NCBI GenBank assembly: GCA_010015585.1
Contig: ML975184.1
From: Eremomyces bilateralis CBS 781.70
Taxonomy: Eukaryota
Reading direction: 5' to 3' (one strand)
Length of the DNA stretch: 55,798 nucleotides
In this document: positions 38,005 to 49,549 of the stretch, piece after piece
Position numbering within the stretch: position 1 is the stretch's first letter
Layout of the letters: each line of letters begins with the position of its first letter
Translations under genes and position numbers: made by a program
The notes under the pieces: model-generated
Database searches by the model: none
What the model was told of the DNA's origin: nothing
What the model saw: the letters and a program-made list of their open reading frames with translations, nothing else

Positions 38005-38769
38005 GAGTATTCCGCTTGGGTAGGTGGATAAGGAATTGTATAGGTACGATATGGCACCGTCGACATCAATCTGGGATTAGGCGACGCCGTGGAGAATGAC
38101 GGCGGCCTTTGTGATCGCCATCCATTTGAGCAGTAGGAGTGTAGTCGAAGTTCTGGAGCTACGGCAGTGGGTGAAACTCAATCTGATGGCATGGACGTCA
38201 CCACTGGACTCCTCCTGCTTCCTAGCCACCGTAGATCCGGTAATAATCCCGCGTTATGCTTGAGGATGAGCGCTGGGTGAGAAATGACGCTGCGACCTTA
38301 CTTCAATTGTTGCCTTGTGGCCTCAGGCCTCAAATCGACCAAATCCCAAGCCTTGCTGCCTGAGGCTTGTACTTTTTTTCCTCTTCATCCTTACTCCAAC
38401 TTGGACTTTGACTCCTCCCCATCACGCACCTTTTCGGAAATGGAACTACAGGTTTAATTAATTTAAATATGGAGATGATACTGTTGGTCTCCAATATGGT
38501 TCAGTCGAGTTGAGCAGCTGATTCGGGGCTGAGCGACGAACTTGTCGACTCTTTCGTGCCCACGATGATCCACAAGAGCAGAGCTTAGAATCTTGGAGTA
38601 CAGTACAACCCCCCCCCCTATTACTGTAGTGATGGCTGATCTTGCAAAAGTTCGAAAACCCTTTCAAACTACATTAAACATATGATATATTATTCAAAGT
38701 CACAAATGGTAGCGTCAAGATTCAAGCCTCGGGTCATTCTCCCATTTCCACTGTTTCATCATGTCTTGC

Positions 38770-38930
38770 TTATTGAGCCCCAAAAATGGACATCAACAGC
38801 GAGGTGGCACCGAGACTGCTCAATCCGCGACCACTGGTCTCTTAAGCCAGTTTTATTCAGCAGTGAACGGCGGTCCATCATGAGTCCATGTTTCTACCCC
38901 TTATTGAGAGTCTCAATAGCCTCAATAAGG
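38770..38930. promoter_or_regulatory. Cluster of YTATTGAG sites (MAT1-1-1 alpha-box-type motif) in the STE3 promoter
   Basis: TTATTGAG at 38770-38777 and 38901-38908; CTCAATAG at 38912-38919; CTCAATAA at 38921-38928. Confidence 0.75.
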
Positions 38931-39185
38931 TACCCGTACTCAAAAGACACCATGAAGGAAATAAAAGTCCACATAAATCGTACTCTGTGCTCTATCTTTC
39001 CGTCTTCGTTTTCAGATATCCTCTTCTATGATCGCAGACCGTCTAATTCCCACGTCAGACCTTCTTTCGCCCTGTTCATCTCCTGTTGGCAGGAAGAATC
39101 CCAGCTTAACCAGTCGTTGATGGCCCAATCCTAATACGATCAATCAGCACACGGTCGTTTCCCTCAACATCTCGAATCCTTCACT

Positions 39186-40680
39186 ATGGACCACCCTGAG
39201 TTTCTCCCTCGTTCTCATCAGAACCTTACTATCGAGCCCCTCTATCCTGCGGCTGTCCTGATTGCAATCTTCTCCTTCATGGCCGTCGTCCTTGACATTG
39301 CCCCCTTCTACTGGCATCTCAAGCATCGGAACACCGGAGCATACTGTCTCATCATGTGGTTCATCGTGCTGAATATCTTCAACGTGATAAATGCTATGGT
39401 CTGGCCTCGAGACAACATCGCAGACTGGTGGAGTGGCGTTGGGTTGTGCGATGTGGAAATTCGCGTGATCACGGGAAGTGGAGTGGGCATTCCCTGTTCA
39501 CTCATCATTATCCTGAGCGCCCTCGCTAGAGTGCTCGATACTGATAACACGGTGGTTGTCCCATCTCGAAAAGACCGTATCCGACGGATAGTGAAGGAGC
39601 TACTTCTCTGCTTTGGCGTGCCGGTTCTGCATATCGTTCTCTCCTATGTTGTTCAAGCGAATAGGTTCTACGTCTTCGGAATCGCTGGGTGCTACTTCTC
39701 CCATGATTGGTCATGGCTGGCCATCGTTTTAGTAACGTCGTGGCCCATTATTGCGACGCTAGTGGCCTCATACTATGCAGGTATGTGATTCGGGGAAAAT
39801 AAAGAGAACTCGCGCTGACATAGAGAAAGTGTTGGTGATTTACCGTATTTATCGGTATCGGCAAGGATTCGCCAGCGTCCTTCGAGCAGCCGAGACGTCC
39901 AAATCGCGATTCATCCGTCTTTATTTGATGGCTGGCGTCTGCATCCTGGTTGTTCTTCCAATCTACACCTACCTTCTCGTCTTCTACCTCACCATGGGCG
40001 TTAGTCCATACTCCTGGGAACGAGCTCACGAAGACATCACCAGAATCCACATGGTGCCGAGCCAGGGAACAATCCCAGTCGACCGCTATGCTCAACTTGT
40101 GGGCGGCTACCTGACGTTCTTCATCTTCGGACTTGGGCAGGATGCCGTGCAGCTTTATAGCTCATGGTACCACAAATCTGGACTGGATAGAGTGGTACCC
40201 GACATGCGGCGGCTGAAAAGCATCACGTCATCTCTTCGCACCAGGTCGTCGTTCAGCAGCATGGCAAAGTCTGTCAGCAGGAAGTTTAGCACACAGGGAG
40301 ATATCCATGTCACATGTTCTTGGTATTTTCTCTATTTAATCTGGGTATTGAGACGCTTACTAATTAGAGCGTACAGGTCAGTTACTGAAACCACACAACC
40401 TGCGGGTTCTCCGGAGCATCCTCGAGCGCAAACCGGCGGCGACAAGTTCCATTGGTCATTTGATGAGGAGATGGGAGGAAACTATAATGTCGGGAGCATG
40501 CGCTGGACGAACGCGTTCCAGTTCTTTAGTCGATTCAGGAATCGATCGTCGGGGGCTGGCGGACCAACTCCGCCACCGAAGGAAGTCCCGCGACTTGATA
40601 TCCAGCGTTTCTCTCAAGACGCGGCCTGTGAGACGGATCTTTCTCCGATGACGAAGGAGGCTGCGAATGCGCACCTCTGA
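39186..40680 (+). CDS. STE3: STE3-type pheromone receptor (GPCR for the a-factor-like lipopeptide)
   Basis: WHLKHRNTGAYCLIMW, INAMVWPRDN..WWSGVGLCDVEIR, YVVQANRFYVFGIAGC, SKSRFIRLY, PYSWERAH, FFIFGLGQDA. Introns 39781-39829 (or 39823) and 40323-40376. Confidence 0.95.
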
Positions 40681-40816
40681 TAACACACAGGCTTGGCTGG
40701 GGAGGGAAACAGAAGGTGCAATGCAGATAATTTGATTCGAGCTTATTTATACAAATTTTCATGGGTGTCGAGAACGCGGTCGGTTGTCTGGGGCTGTAGT
40801 ATGAAAGGAGGCTTCA

Positions 40817-42532
40817 TCAATTGTATAATTGACCTGCTTCTCCATCGCCTTTGTCCCTTCCGATTCTACGCCGTCTCAAATTCTTCTTCTTCCCCTTGTG
40901 CTCCTCTTTCTTCACCCGTAGGGTCTCCCGTCGCTTATCCTGGCCTTTTCTGTTCTTGTCATTTTGGAACCATCTCATGTTCAATTTCGACCAGTGATCC
41001 ACCCGTTGAGCGCCCGCAAGGATGTTGTATTTCTCCAATGCCACCTTTATCTCCCGAACCCTCTTACTCGTGTAGTTCCCCATCGGACACGGTGCAGGGA
41101 CCCACGGGTGCGTCGCATTTTGTCGCATGTTTCCCTTCCCATCCACTTCCCACACACAGTTGAACCGGATTTGCTCAGCAGACAACTTATCGATAGCGTG
41201 CATCTCTGACTTCGTCACCGTCCCCCCCTGCCTTCGCTTGTCGACGGATAACTTCCCATGTTCCTGCCGATAGCGTTGCATGGCAGTGCTCATGCAATTC
41301 AACATCCCTCGGATATCTTTCGGATCCTCCTTACTCCAGTCGATGTCGTGCATTCGATCGATGAGGTCTGTGGGTCCAATGCGAGGGTCGATGTCTTGAA
41401 GCATCACAAGATACCAGGCCGGTGCTTCTTTCTTGATCCTGTCGGGGATTCGAGGGTCGAATTGGTTGAGTTTGCGACCGCTAGGTACTGTCAGGGGTTG
41501 GTCGATTCCGACTAGCTTTAAAGTGACTCTGTCAAGGTGGCTCGTGTCGTGTTCCATAACTGCGCATTCAGGGGGCAGGTGGTTCTCGTGGTACTTCCGG
41601 AGAAACGAGGGAGAGGGTGTTGGCTGAAGTGCTTCCTGGTGTGGTTGGAGTGTCAACGGATGACCCAGCAATCGAGCCTCATAGTCTGTAGCGGGAGCTA
41701 AGAATGAAAGTTTCTCGTCGTCTGGGAGATTGGTGTCGGGAAACCATTGCGGGTGGGTGTCGTCAACCCATCCTCCCCATTCCTCATTGGGTTGCGGCCG
41801 GAACATGAGAGATTGTTCGTTCTCTTTCTTGAGCGCATAGAAAGGCCCCTCGCTATACCCCTGTGCGGGGTATTCTAGGCCCGCGAAAATAGAGTCTGGT
41901 GGTTCCGATTCACGAGAAGGCGTGAAATGAGGAGGTAAAGGATTTGTGAATCCAGTGATAGGATCGGCACTGAGTCTAGGCCACTGATATCCGAAAGAGA
42001 TGGATGATTGAGGAGTAGACGGTGTTTCGGTGATTGGAGTATTCATGCCATCCTGAACGAGGAGAGCGGGATCGACAAAGTCGTCTGGCACCAATGCTTC
42101 TTCCTGAATTCCAAATTCCGGGTCAAAAATGTGCATATCCACATTTGGCTCTCCTGGAGCCGCTCGGTTATCCAAACCAAACTGAGTATGGAAGGGCAGG
42201 TTTTGCTTGGTCTCTGGATTCGACACTCGGAGTGATCCATCATAATCACCAGGCTGGTATTGATGACCGTCAAGAGACTGAAAGAGGATGTCTGGCCGAT
42301 TATCATTGGTAGTTTCAGTCAACAAATCTTGTCCCGCACCGGGCAGCATAGGATTGTAGTATCGAGGAGCTTGACCATAATCATTCTCCTGAACAACTTG
42401 TCTAAGATCCGCCGGTATGGTAGGGTCATCGTGGAGGTATTCCTGTAAGGCTCGTCGGAACTCCTCGTCTCGCGATTCCTCCTCTTCCCCTGAGCCGAAA
42501 TCCTGGCCTGGAATGATACCAAATCCCGACAT
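40817..42532 (-). CDS. Intronless 571-aa protein of unknown function (acidic N-terminal part, basic C-terminus)
   Basis: Uninterrupted ATG-initiated ORF of 1716 nt. Ordered-looking segment APAWYLVMLQDIDPRIGPTDLIDRM...MLNCMSTAMQRYRQEHG. K/R-rich tail. Confidence 0.72.
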   Translation of the reverse strand: MSGFGIIPGQDFGSGEEEESRDEEFRRALQEYLHDDPTIPADLRQVVQENDYGQAPRYYNPMLPGAGQDLLTETTNDNRPDILFQSLDGHQYQPGDYDGSLRVSNPETKQNLPFHTQFGLDNRAAPGEPNVDMHIFDPEFGIQEEALVPDDFVDPALLVQDGMNTPITETPSTPQSSISFGYQWPRLSADPITGFTNPLPPHFTPSRESEPPDSIFAGLEYPAQGYSEGPFYALKKENEQSLMFRPQPNEEWGGWVDDTHPQWFPDTNLPDDEKLSFLAPATDYEARLLGHPLTLQPHQEALQPTPSPSFLRKYHENHLPPECAVMEHDTSHLDRVTLKLVGIDQPLTVPSGRKLNQFDPRIPDRIKKEAPAWYLVMLQDIDPRIGPTDLIDRMHDIDWSKEDPKDIRGMLNCMSTAMQRYRQEHGKLSVDKRRQGGTVTKSEMHAIDKLSAEQIRFNCVWEVDGKGNMRQNATHPWVPAPCPMGNYTSKRVREIKVALEKYNILAGAQRVDHWSKLNMRWFQNDKNRKGQDKRRETLRVKKEEHKGKKKNLRRRRIGRDKGDGEAGQLYN

Positions 42533-43108
42533 CGGTAAGGACAGGACGGTCCAATGAGCACAGTAATGACAGTAGGATAGTTGGGCAAATTAAGTTGGAA
42601 CACAGCGCTGGATTGCAACAAGAGCAGAGTGAGAGGAAAAGAGGATAGGGTGTTGATGAGGGAGTGAAATGGTCCGTCCACATGCACAATAAAGGATTGT
42701 GCGAATTTAAAAGTGTTCCAACGGAACGTGGCAGAGAGGCCTGGATTCGAGACAGAATGAAGCTCATGAAAGGGCTGCATAGCCAGACACTGAATTCGCG
42801 ACTTTTCCATGGCTTGGGGCTGTTACAACCCTTTGCGCACACTCCACAATGGGATTTCCACCATCTAGACAACCGCATGTTCGAGAAGTTCCTTCGTGGA
42901 GAAAGTGTTCGCAGACTCCATTGCTTTGTCAAACAAAGGGGAAAGGTTACACATTTGTCTTGCACTTCGACAACTCATCGTTGACCACAAAGCAGGCTGC
43001 TTTGGACAAAGACCATTGATATCTCTGGAAAGACTCTCTTCTGTCGATGGACATCTGCCTGATCTTCATGTCTTCTTCTGCCAAACGCAACACGCATCTC
43101 AGGCCCCC

Positions 43109-44077
43109 CTAAGGGGCCTCATACATGGGACCGCCGTGAAATCTTGCGTCTGGTCGTGTCGGGTGAGTTTTCAGTTCAGGGGTATTTAGCTGCGGGGTTG
43201 GAGTCTGCATTTCATAATATCCTTGGGGAAAACTGGGCTGATATGGAGGGGCAGAGGCTTCCAACTGCGCCACACCAGGATTGGCTGCCGGTGAGTATTC
43301 ATACTTGGCTGGTGGAACCACAGGTTGACCTGCTAATTCGGGTTTCATAGGATCATCTGGCAACGAAATCCCTCTGGCAGCGGTCTGCTTCTTCTTGCGT
43401 CGAAATAGGCAAAATCCGAGAAAAGCCAGCGCGATAACCAAAACTCCGACCCCGACGCCCACACCAGCTGCGATAGCAATATTCGACGAGCCCGAGGTCG
43501 CTGAAGACGTTGACGCTGGGGTACCATCGGCCCCTGTTGTTCCCGGGCGAATCGAGGAGGAGGCGGTCGATGCGGACTGGCTCGGAAAGATGCCCTGTTG
43601 GGAAGCCGTTCGAAAAGAAGCAGGAGGGGCCGTAGACCGGGAGAAAGGATCAATCGTGGCAAAGTCGAATATGATCTCAGGGCTCCCTATATTGAATTTT
43701 AACTCCTGCTTCGCGCAGCAGTCGTCGTCGTCGCTGCTCATACAACAGTATTCCGTACCACCACAATTGGTTAGTACCTCATAGGAGTTCTTCGAGTCTG
43801 CAGGTCCATTAGAATGAAGGTTGCTTTGAGCAAAAGTCCACTTACATTCTTTGCAAAACTGCGGACAATTGGGGTCTTTCCAAGTTTGGTCGGTGCAAGC
43901 TGCTCGATAAGTATATGCCCCAGGGACATTGCAAAGTCCATTGCTCAGACATTGGTCTTGCTGGCTTGGGAGGCAACATGACGAATGGGTGTCGCCTGAA
44001 CACGGATAGTACTGATAGTCAGTTGCATTCGAACCGTCCGGAAGATAGCAGGAACGTAGTTCAGGGTATGCCGCCAT
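43109..44077 (-). CDS. Cys-rich, Ser/Thr-rich single-pass membrane protein (Mid2/Skg6-like architecture)
   Basis: CYLPDGS..PC..SSCC..DQCLSNGLC..YRAACTDQTWKDPNCPQFC, an S/T stalk, TM helix IAIAAGVGVGVGVLVIALAFLGFCLF followed by RRKKK. In-frame intron 43798-43845. Confidence 0.85.
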   Translation of the reverse strand: MAAYPELRSCYLPDGSNATDYQYYPCSGDTHSSCCLPSQQDQCLSNGLCNVPGAYTYRAACTDQTWKDPNCPQFCKECKWTFAQSNLHSNGPADSKNSYEVLTNCGGTEYCCMSSDDDDCCAKQELKFNIGSPEIIFDFATIDPFSRSTAPPASFRTASQQGIFPSQSASTASSSIRPGTTGADGTPASTSSATSGSSNIAIAAGVGVGVGVLVIALAFLGFCLFRRKKKQTAARGISLPDDPMKPELAGQPVVPPAKYEYSPAANPGVAQLEASAPPYQPSFPQGYYEMQTPTPQLNTPELKTHPTRPDARFHGGPMYEAP

Positions 44078-44939
44078 TGCAAGAAGACAGATTCAGGACC
44101 AAAAGACTAACGATATAATAGCACGAAGAGTTTTCAAGCGACACGATGTCAAAAACATCACGATATTCACACCACTAGATACTTCTGGGTATTTATTCCG
44201 CTGTCCTAGGGACATCCAATGGTCCAACCACCAAGCAAGGTACACTCACCTTTTAGGGAGGATGGAGGATTACCCGCACATGAAAAGTACAGATGCGCGT
44301 ATAGTCAACTCGATGGTATCTCGTTGCTGCAACGTCATTGGCTTGCTAGACCATTTCTCGTATCTCGATTCGACGATTCTATTTCTATTCGTGTTCGGAG
44401 ATTGCAGGGCGTGGGGCACCGATACGTCGTCTCATGGCTCATGCTGCTCTAGTTCAGCACAGGAGGGACAGAGCACTCACGGCTGGAGAGCGAGCACATT
44501 ACGAAGACATCGTAGTTTAGTTCTTGAAGGTGTCAACTGTCAAGTGTAAACGGGTGTTTTCATTTCATTTTCTTGAGTTCTTGGAGTGTGTTAGTGAGAG
44601 AGGTTGAAGAATATGAAACGATTGCTGCGACGTTGACATTGATGAAGTCTCCCTTTCATTGGCTGGGTTCACCGAACATCTTCGCCGAGAATTCCGTCCG
44701 GAATTTTTGCAACGTTTATCATTTCTGCATGGGTCTCGACGACGTTAGCTTTCTCTCAATAAAATCATTTGGTAGACGCTTTCTTTGACGGACTTGCATC
44801 GAAGCTGTACCAATTCTTTTCTGTATTTCTCGGTTTACTTGTTGTCCGAAGGGTTTCCTCGAGTCTGCACCCAGCCTTCACAGCCAGTATCCATTCCACC
44901 GCCGAGTGTGCAGAAAAATAGTCTCCATGTGAAGTGGAA

Positions 44940-45697
44940 ATGATTCAAACGGATACTTGCGTTGAGCGTATGCCAATCAGCGATGCGATTCTCCAGGGCA
45001 TATATCATTCAGACCAGTCCATGTACCCTGCGCCCTTGACTTACAAGCAGCTGCAAAGCTGGGTACGCGCATGTCCTCAGTCTTGCCTTGCTTACGCTAT
45101 GTCGAGGGATGGACAGCCGTCATCTCACATGGAAACTGTAGGGGCAGTCATTTTCCTTCCAGTTAAGCAAGCATACTGGAAACAGTTGATCGTTGGCAAA
45201 GTCAAAGAGACTGAAATAGACGCTAGCGCCATGTTGTCAACAGCTTCTGGATATAAAATCGGGTTGCACTGCTTCCATATCGAGAAGTTCGAAAACTGGG
45301 GTGGTCAAAGCAGAAAGTCGCTTTTCCACAGTATGTGATGGCAGACGTGGACCAAGTCGCCTAAGACAATGGCTGGGCCGTTGTTGGTTAAAGTACTAGT
45401 TAACTACTAACTTACTTGTACTCTGGTATGTGGAACCCATCGTGAGATATACAATACTTTAGCTAATGGGAAGACCTAGCCTTAACTGCCACAACTGCAG
45501 GGAAAAAGACATTCCTCAAACTTGGCTTTACGCCGTCTGATTACCAGGAGGTCTTTGTGCAGTCTACTAATGACCTGATCAAAGAGGTCAAACTGATCCG
45601 CGTCCATCCTGGAGACTCACCCCCATCTTATGAACCGGGCCAAGATGACCAAATCATCATTGATACGTGTATGATGGTCCATTGTAATGATACATAG
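44940..45697 (+). pseudogene. Pseudogene of a GNAT-fold-like fungal protein
   Basis: DQSMYPAPLTYKQLQSWV...GLHCFHIEK, then a frameshift near 45330, in-frame TAA 45362-45364, a 30-nt insertion 45391-45420 and intron 45426-45479. Continues ALTATTAGKKTFLKLGF...MVHCNDT*. Confidence 0.7.
45389..45420. mobile_element. 28-bp AT-rich insertion with a TA target-site duplication (possible transposon footprint)
   Basis: ggtTA-aagtactagttaactactaacttacttg-TActctg. Removing the insert and one TA restores GTT GTT GGT TAC TCT G|CC (VVGYSA). Confidence 0.55.
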
Positions 45698-46260
45698 TTA
45701 CTTGCAAAAGAAACTGGGCATTGGCTGTTTGGAGCTACTCGTTTCTGTTTTGTAGCATAGTATTTGGTATGTATCGGACATACCCCGTCCAGGATTTGGG
45801 GAATCATTTTATGAATCTGCAGGAATAATATGAGGGCAATGTGAAGCGGTTCTTCATCGGTAGGCATTGTTGTCTAAAATTTACAAGTGGTAATATTCCA
45901 AGTTCCATTCAGGATCATCAGTAGTTCGTCCAACCCAAGATGCTCATGTACATTTTTTCGCCGGCCTGCAGCTTGATGTGCTAGGCCAGCGATCTCTCTG
46001 TACAATCGAATCCTTCAAGTCACCTACCAACTCCCACTTGTCCTGTGAACTCATGACGACACGATTGCCTGGTCGGTCATGAAAAGATCCTGGAGCCTAG
46101 ATTCTCCCCGGATCATGAGGGCCTTTTCATCAGAACCCTTGGGTGGAACGCCAAGTTTTCCGCCACGTCCCAAGTCCACAGCACGCGCCTTTGTACAGTT
46201 GACGACGCTAAAACGAAGCACCTAAACGCCCTCAAACAATATTTTCCAAGGGCAAGCAAC

Positions 46261-47645
46261 TCATGACACATGACCGTGAGGCCCACGGATGTCAGTCCGA
46301 ATATCGGTTTGAATATCGGTTCGGAAAACCCACTCCTGGCTCTCGTCGTCGCTTATATTCCCCAATGTTCTCGTCTTCACTGGCGCTGGGGATGCCTTCA
46401 TCTCCACGTCCCGTGTGACATGGATGTCCCGGTATCCAGCCCGGTGGCTCTGGTGGGACGAGAGAGGACCGCCATAGGTGAGATCCGTGTGTCGACGGGA
46501 ATTCAGTGCGCCACTGCGATTGTCGGTGGAGTGCACGAGGCCGGGGAAGCATTTGCGCATAGCCGGACGGATCCCGGGGAGGCAGCCGCAGATGATTCCG
46601 AGGCCAGTTTCAACGTCGGTAATTACGTAGATGATAGTGCCGATGTCTATATGGTATGGTCAGCGCCGAGGTCGTGTGAAAGGGGTCTAGTGTTGGCCTT
46701 TGACGTACGTGTTACGTCCCAGGTGTCAAAATATTTAACTATATATCCAATCCGAACGATACTCACTATACAGACGCTAAACCAAGTCAGCAACGGGTGG
46801 AATGAATGATTTGGCACTACTGACATGACTCCTAGGCTGAAAGATAGGATCAGCCCAACCCGCTTATTAAGGCTCAGTTTGACCTTCCAGAGATAATGTA
46901 CCGGCCAGAGGAAGACCAAACAATCCGTGAAGGCGTTCACGGCTGTCATAGCAATACTAAATGGCTCAAGATTCATGCATTTCCTGTCGACCTTGAAATA
47001 GTCCCAAGCGTCTTTAATAGGCCTAGAGAATGTCAGACTTGGATACGCACAGTCCCGGCAGTGACCGGTACAGACGGATTGCTTCTTACCAACATTGGAA
47101 TATCGGCGGTAGAGCCCAGGCGAGTCCGGTTGCAATCAAAAGGACGATACAGACATAGTTGAACCGTGAATTTGTGCGGGATGGAAATATGCGGAGGTAT
47201 GTCAAGCAGACGGAGATCTTTGTCAACGCGGATGTTGGGCCAAACAAAACTTGTGTGGCGACAGCCATTTTGGCGATGGTTGGTACCCATTCCAACTTGA
47301 CGTCGTAGAGATGTCGACCAACGCCCACATCCAACTCGACTATATGTAATATCGCAGTTGCCACCGCGCATACCTGATATCCTGTCAGCATTTGCTTCAG
47401 GGGGGTCGTCGATGTGGACCAATATCTGGACTCACATATGCCATTAACATGGTCCAATCGTCCATTCCCAGCGCATTGCGAATGATTATGATTCGTGAAT
47501 AGAACCGGCATACGATGAATATCGTGGTCAGAACTATCAAAGTGATATCCACTCCCCAAACCAGTGGATCGAGCACATCGCGCGGGTTCTCGTAGTCCGG
47601 AGTTGGCCAGCTGAGGACGACATCGAGTGTCGGTAGTTGTGACAT
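46261..47645 (-). CDS. Pth11-like (fungal rhodopsin-domain) integral membrane protein without a CFEM domain
   Basis: SWPTPDYENP, CRFYSR...LGMDDW, GVGRHLYDV, TKISVCLTYLRIF, IFQC|.PI..AWD, NAFTDCLVFLWP, SIVRI, ETGLGIICGCLPGIRP. Several introns. Confidence 0.9.
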
Positions 47646-49549
47646 GATCGACTAGACTCAAAGAACAATGGTGAATCAATGCAGGCTCAAGACTCTTGAA
47701 GACGTTGAAGATTGCTCCGAAGGGACATAATCATTTTTGGGTTTCCACCTAAGACAAGTTGCCTCGCGGATGAGTTTGCATATAGGAAATTGAATTGATA
47801 TCCAAGGTCAGATCCGATCGGACTAAGGTGGGCACCGCTAGGAGGTATATCATTTATCAAGGGTCCGTCAACGTCTGGGGTGGTGAGGACGAGAACCATT
47901 ATTACTCCATTGCAGCCACTACACCCACAGACTCTGTTTTGCGGCGAGCATGAGGCAGGGCTGGTATGGATGAACGCCTCGGGCACTCGACCATACAATA
48001 CTGCATTCTGGCCTCTGGGTGCGGTACGTCGTGTCAGGGAGGGGGTAAGGATCAAGGCAGAATAGAGGCCGCTGTACGGAGTATCCCGACCATTACCAGT
48101 GAACTTTGAGCATTCGAGGTGTCTGGGGAAGAGTGCGTAGTTGGTTGCTCTCCACTTCCCCGGATACACTAGTGGCGCCATATGCCCTAGCCCCTAAGAT
48201 TCAGTCGTGGCCAGGCATGCAGCGTCCATAGCATTTGGCCCTTGGCAGCGCGTCCATGCTCCAATGGAATAGCTAGGAATATTGGAGAAATTGTTACCAG
48301 CTAGTACGATTTAGGAGGGCTGGAGGGGGTCTTGGATCTGACACGGATCGCAAATGTTTCGGATTTCGGTCCACAGTGCAGGAAAGTAGCGACCATGTCG
48401 AATTCCGGGGGTATTAATATGTGATCAACCTGCAAGTACATGGGGTATACCTGTAACGAGTGCAGGACTTGACGGAAGAAACCAAAGGCATTCCGAGTTT
48501 CCGACAGGTGACAAACTGAAAATGTCATTTCGGTAGCGGCTTAACCTTGTATCCGTTACCTGATGGCGAAGCCTTTTCGTCGAGGAGGAAACCGTTGAAT
48601 ACTCGAGGTACAGGTACGCCCAGAGTTTGGAGCAGCGGAAAGGGAATTCAATATTTTCCCCACCTTATGGATGATGATTTACATAGTATGGTCCCATCAG
48701 TGAACAGTCGGTCCTTTTGAGCGGAATTTCCCTAGATACGAACCCTGCGACTTGCGAGGTACCTCTTCCTGACGGGTGTGTTGATCATTGGTGGCACCGT
48801 AATTACTCCAGTTTTAACTCCACTGTCTCCATAGGCTCCATAGCGGGAATGACCCGAGGTCTAGCCCAGTCCGGCATCGTTCAATTTTCCACGCACAGTC
48901 GCCCTCGGGATGAAGATCAGACGCTGAGAAGATGGCGTTTTCGAGCTGTTGATCTTCGTTCTAGTTGCTATTCTAGGTTGACAAGATTGAGTCGGAAAAT
49001 CAGATCACTTCGGTCCCGATTTGTGTTGGACGATACTCTGTTGGGTCCATGTTTAATTTAACAGCATATTGAATTTGAACCTTGGGACCGCTGGGAGGCG
49101 CTGCGTCGTGTCGCCCTACGATGTAGTCCATAGAGGCTTGGGCGGCTGGAGCCTGGAGGGCAGAACAGAGCCAGACTCGAGCGCTACTGCCTTTGGGCAT
49201 TCCGGTAATACATAGTAGTAAGGATGGAGTACTCCATACATGATTCAGTATTGGTACTATTACACGGTGCTAAGGCTAAAAGTGTTGTGGTTCGTCTCAC
49301 TTTCAGCAGTTATTCCCGTCTGTTGCTACTCACGCCACGCGTGCCCGTGAATCCGCAGCTCCATGGGCTTGTGGCATGAATAGGTACTGGTACGGAGTAT
49401 GGTATCCATGGCGTATTTCCAAACGCCGACTAAAAGTAATATGGAAGAGTATGTACCCAATCTCGGTTCCCTCCACCTGCACTCTTCACGCTTCTCTATC
49501 GGGTTACAACCATTTACGGGATTCACACTAAGTTCAGCTCCCCTTTTTT

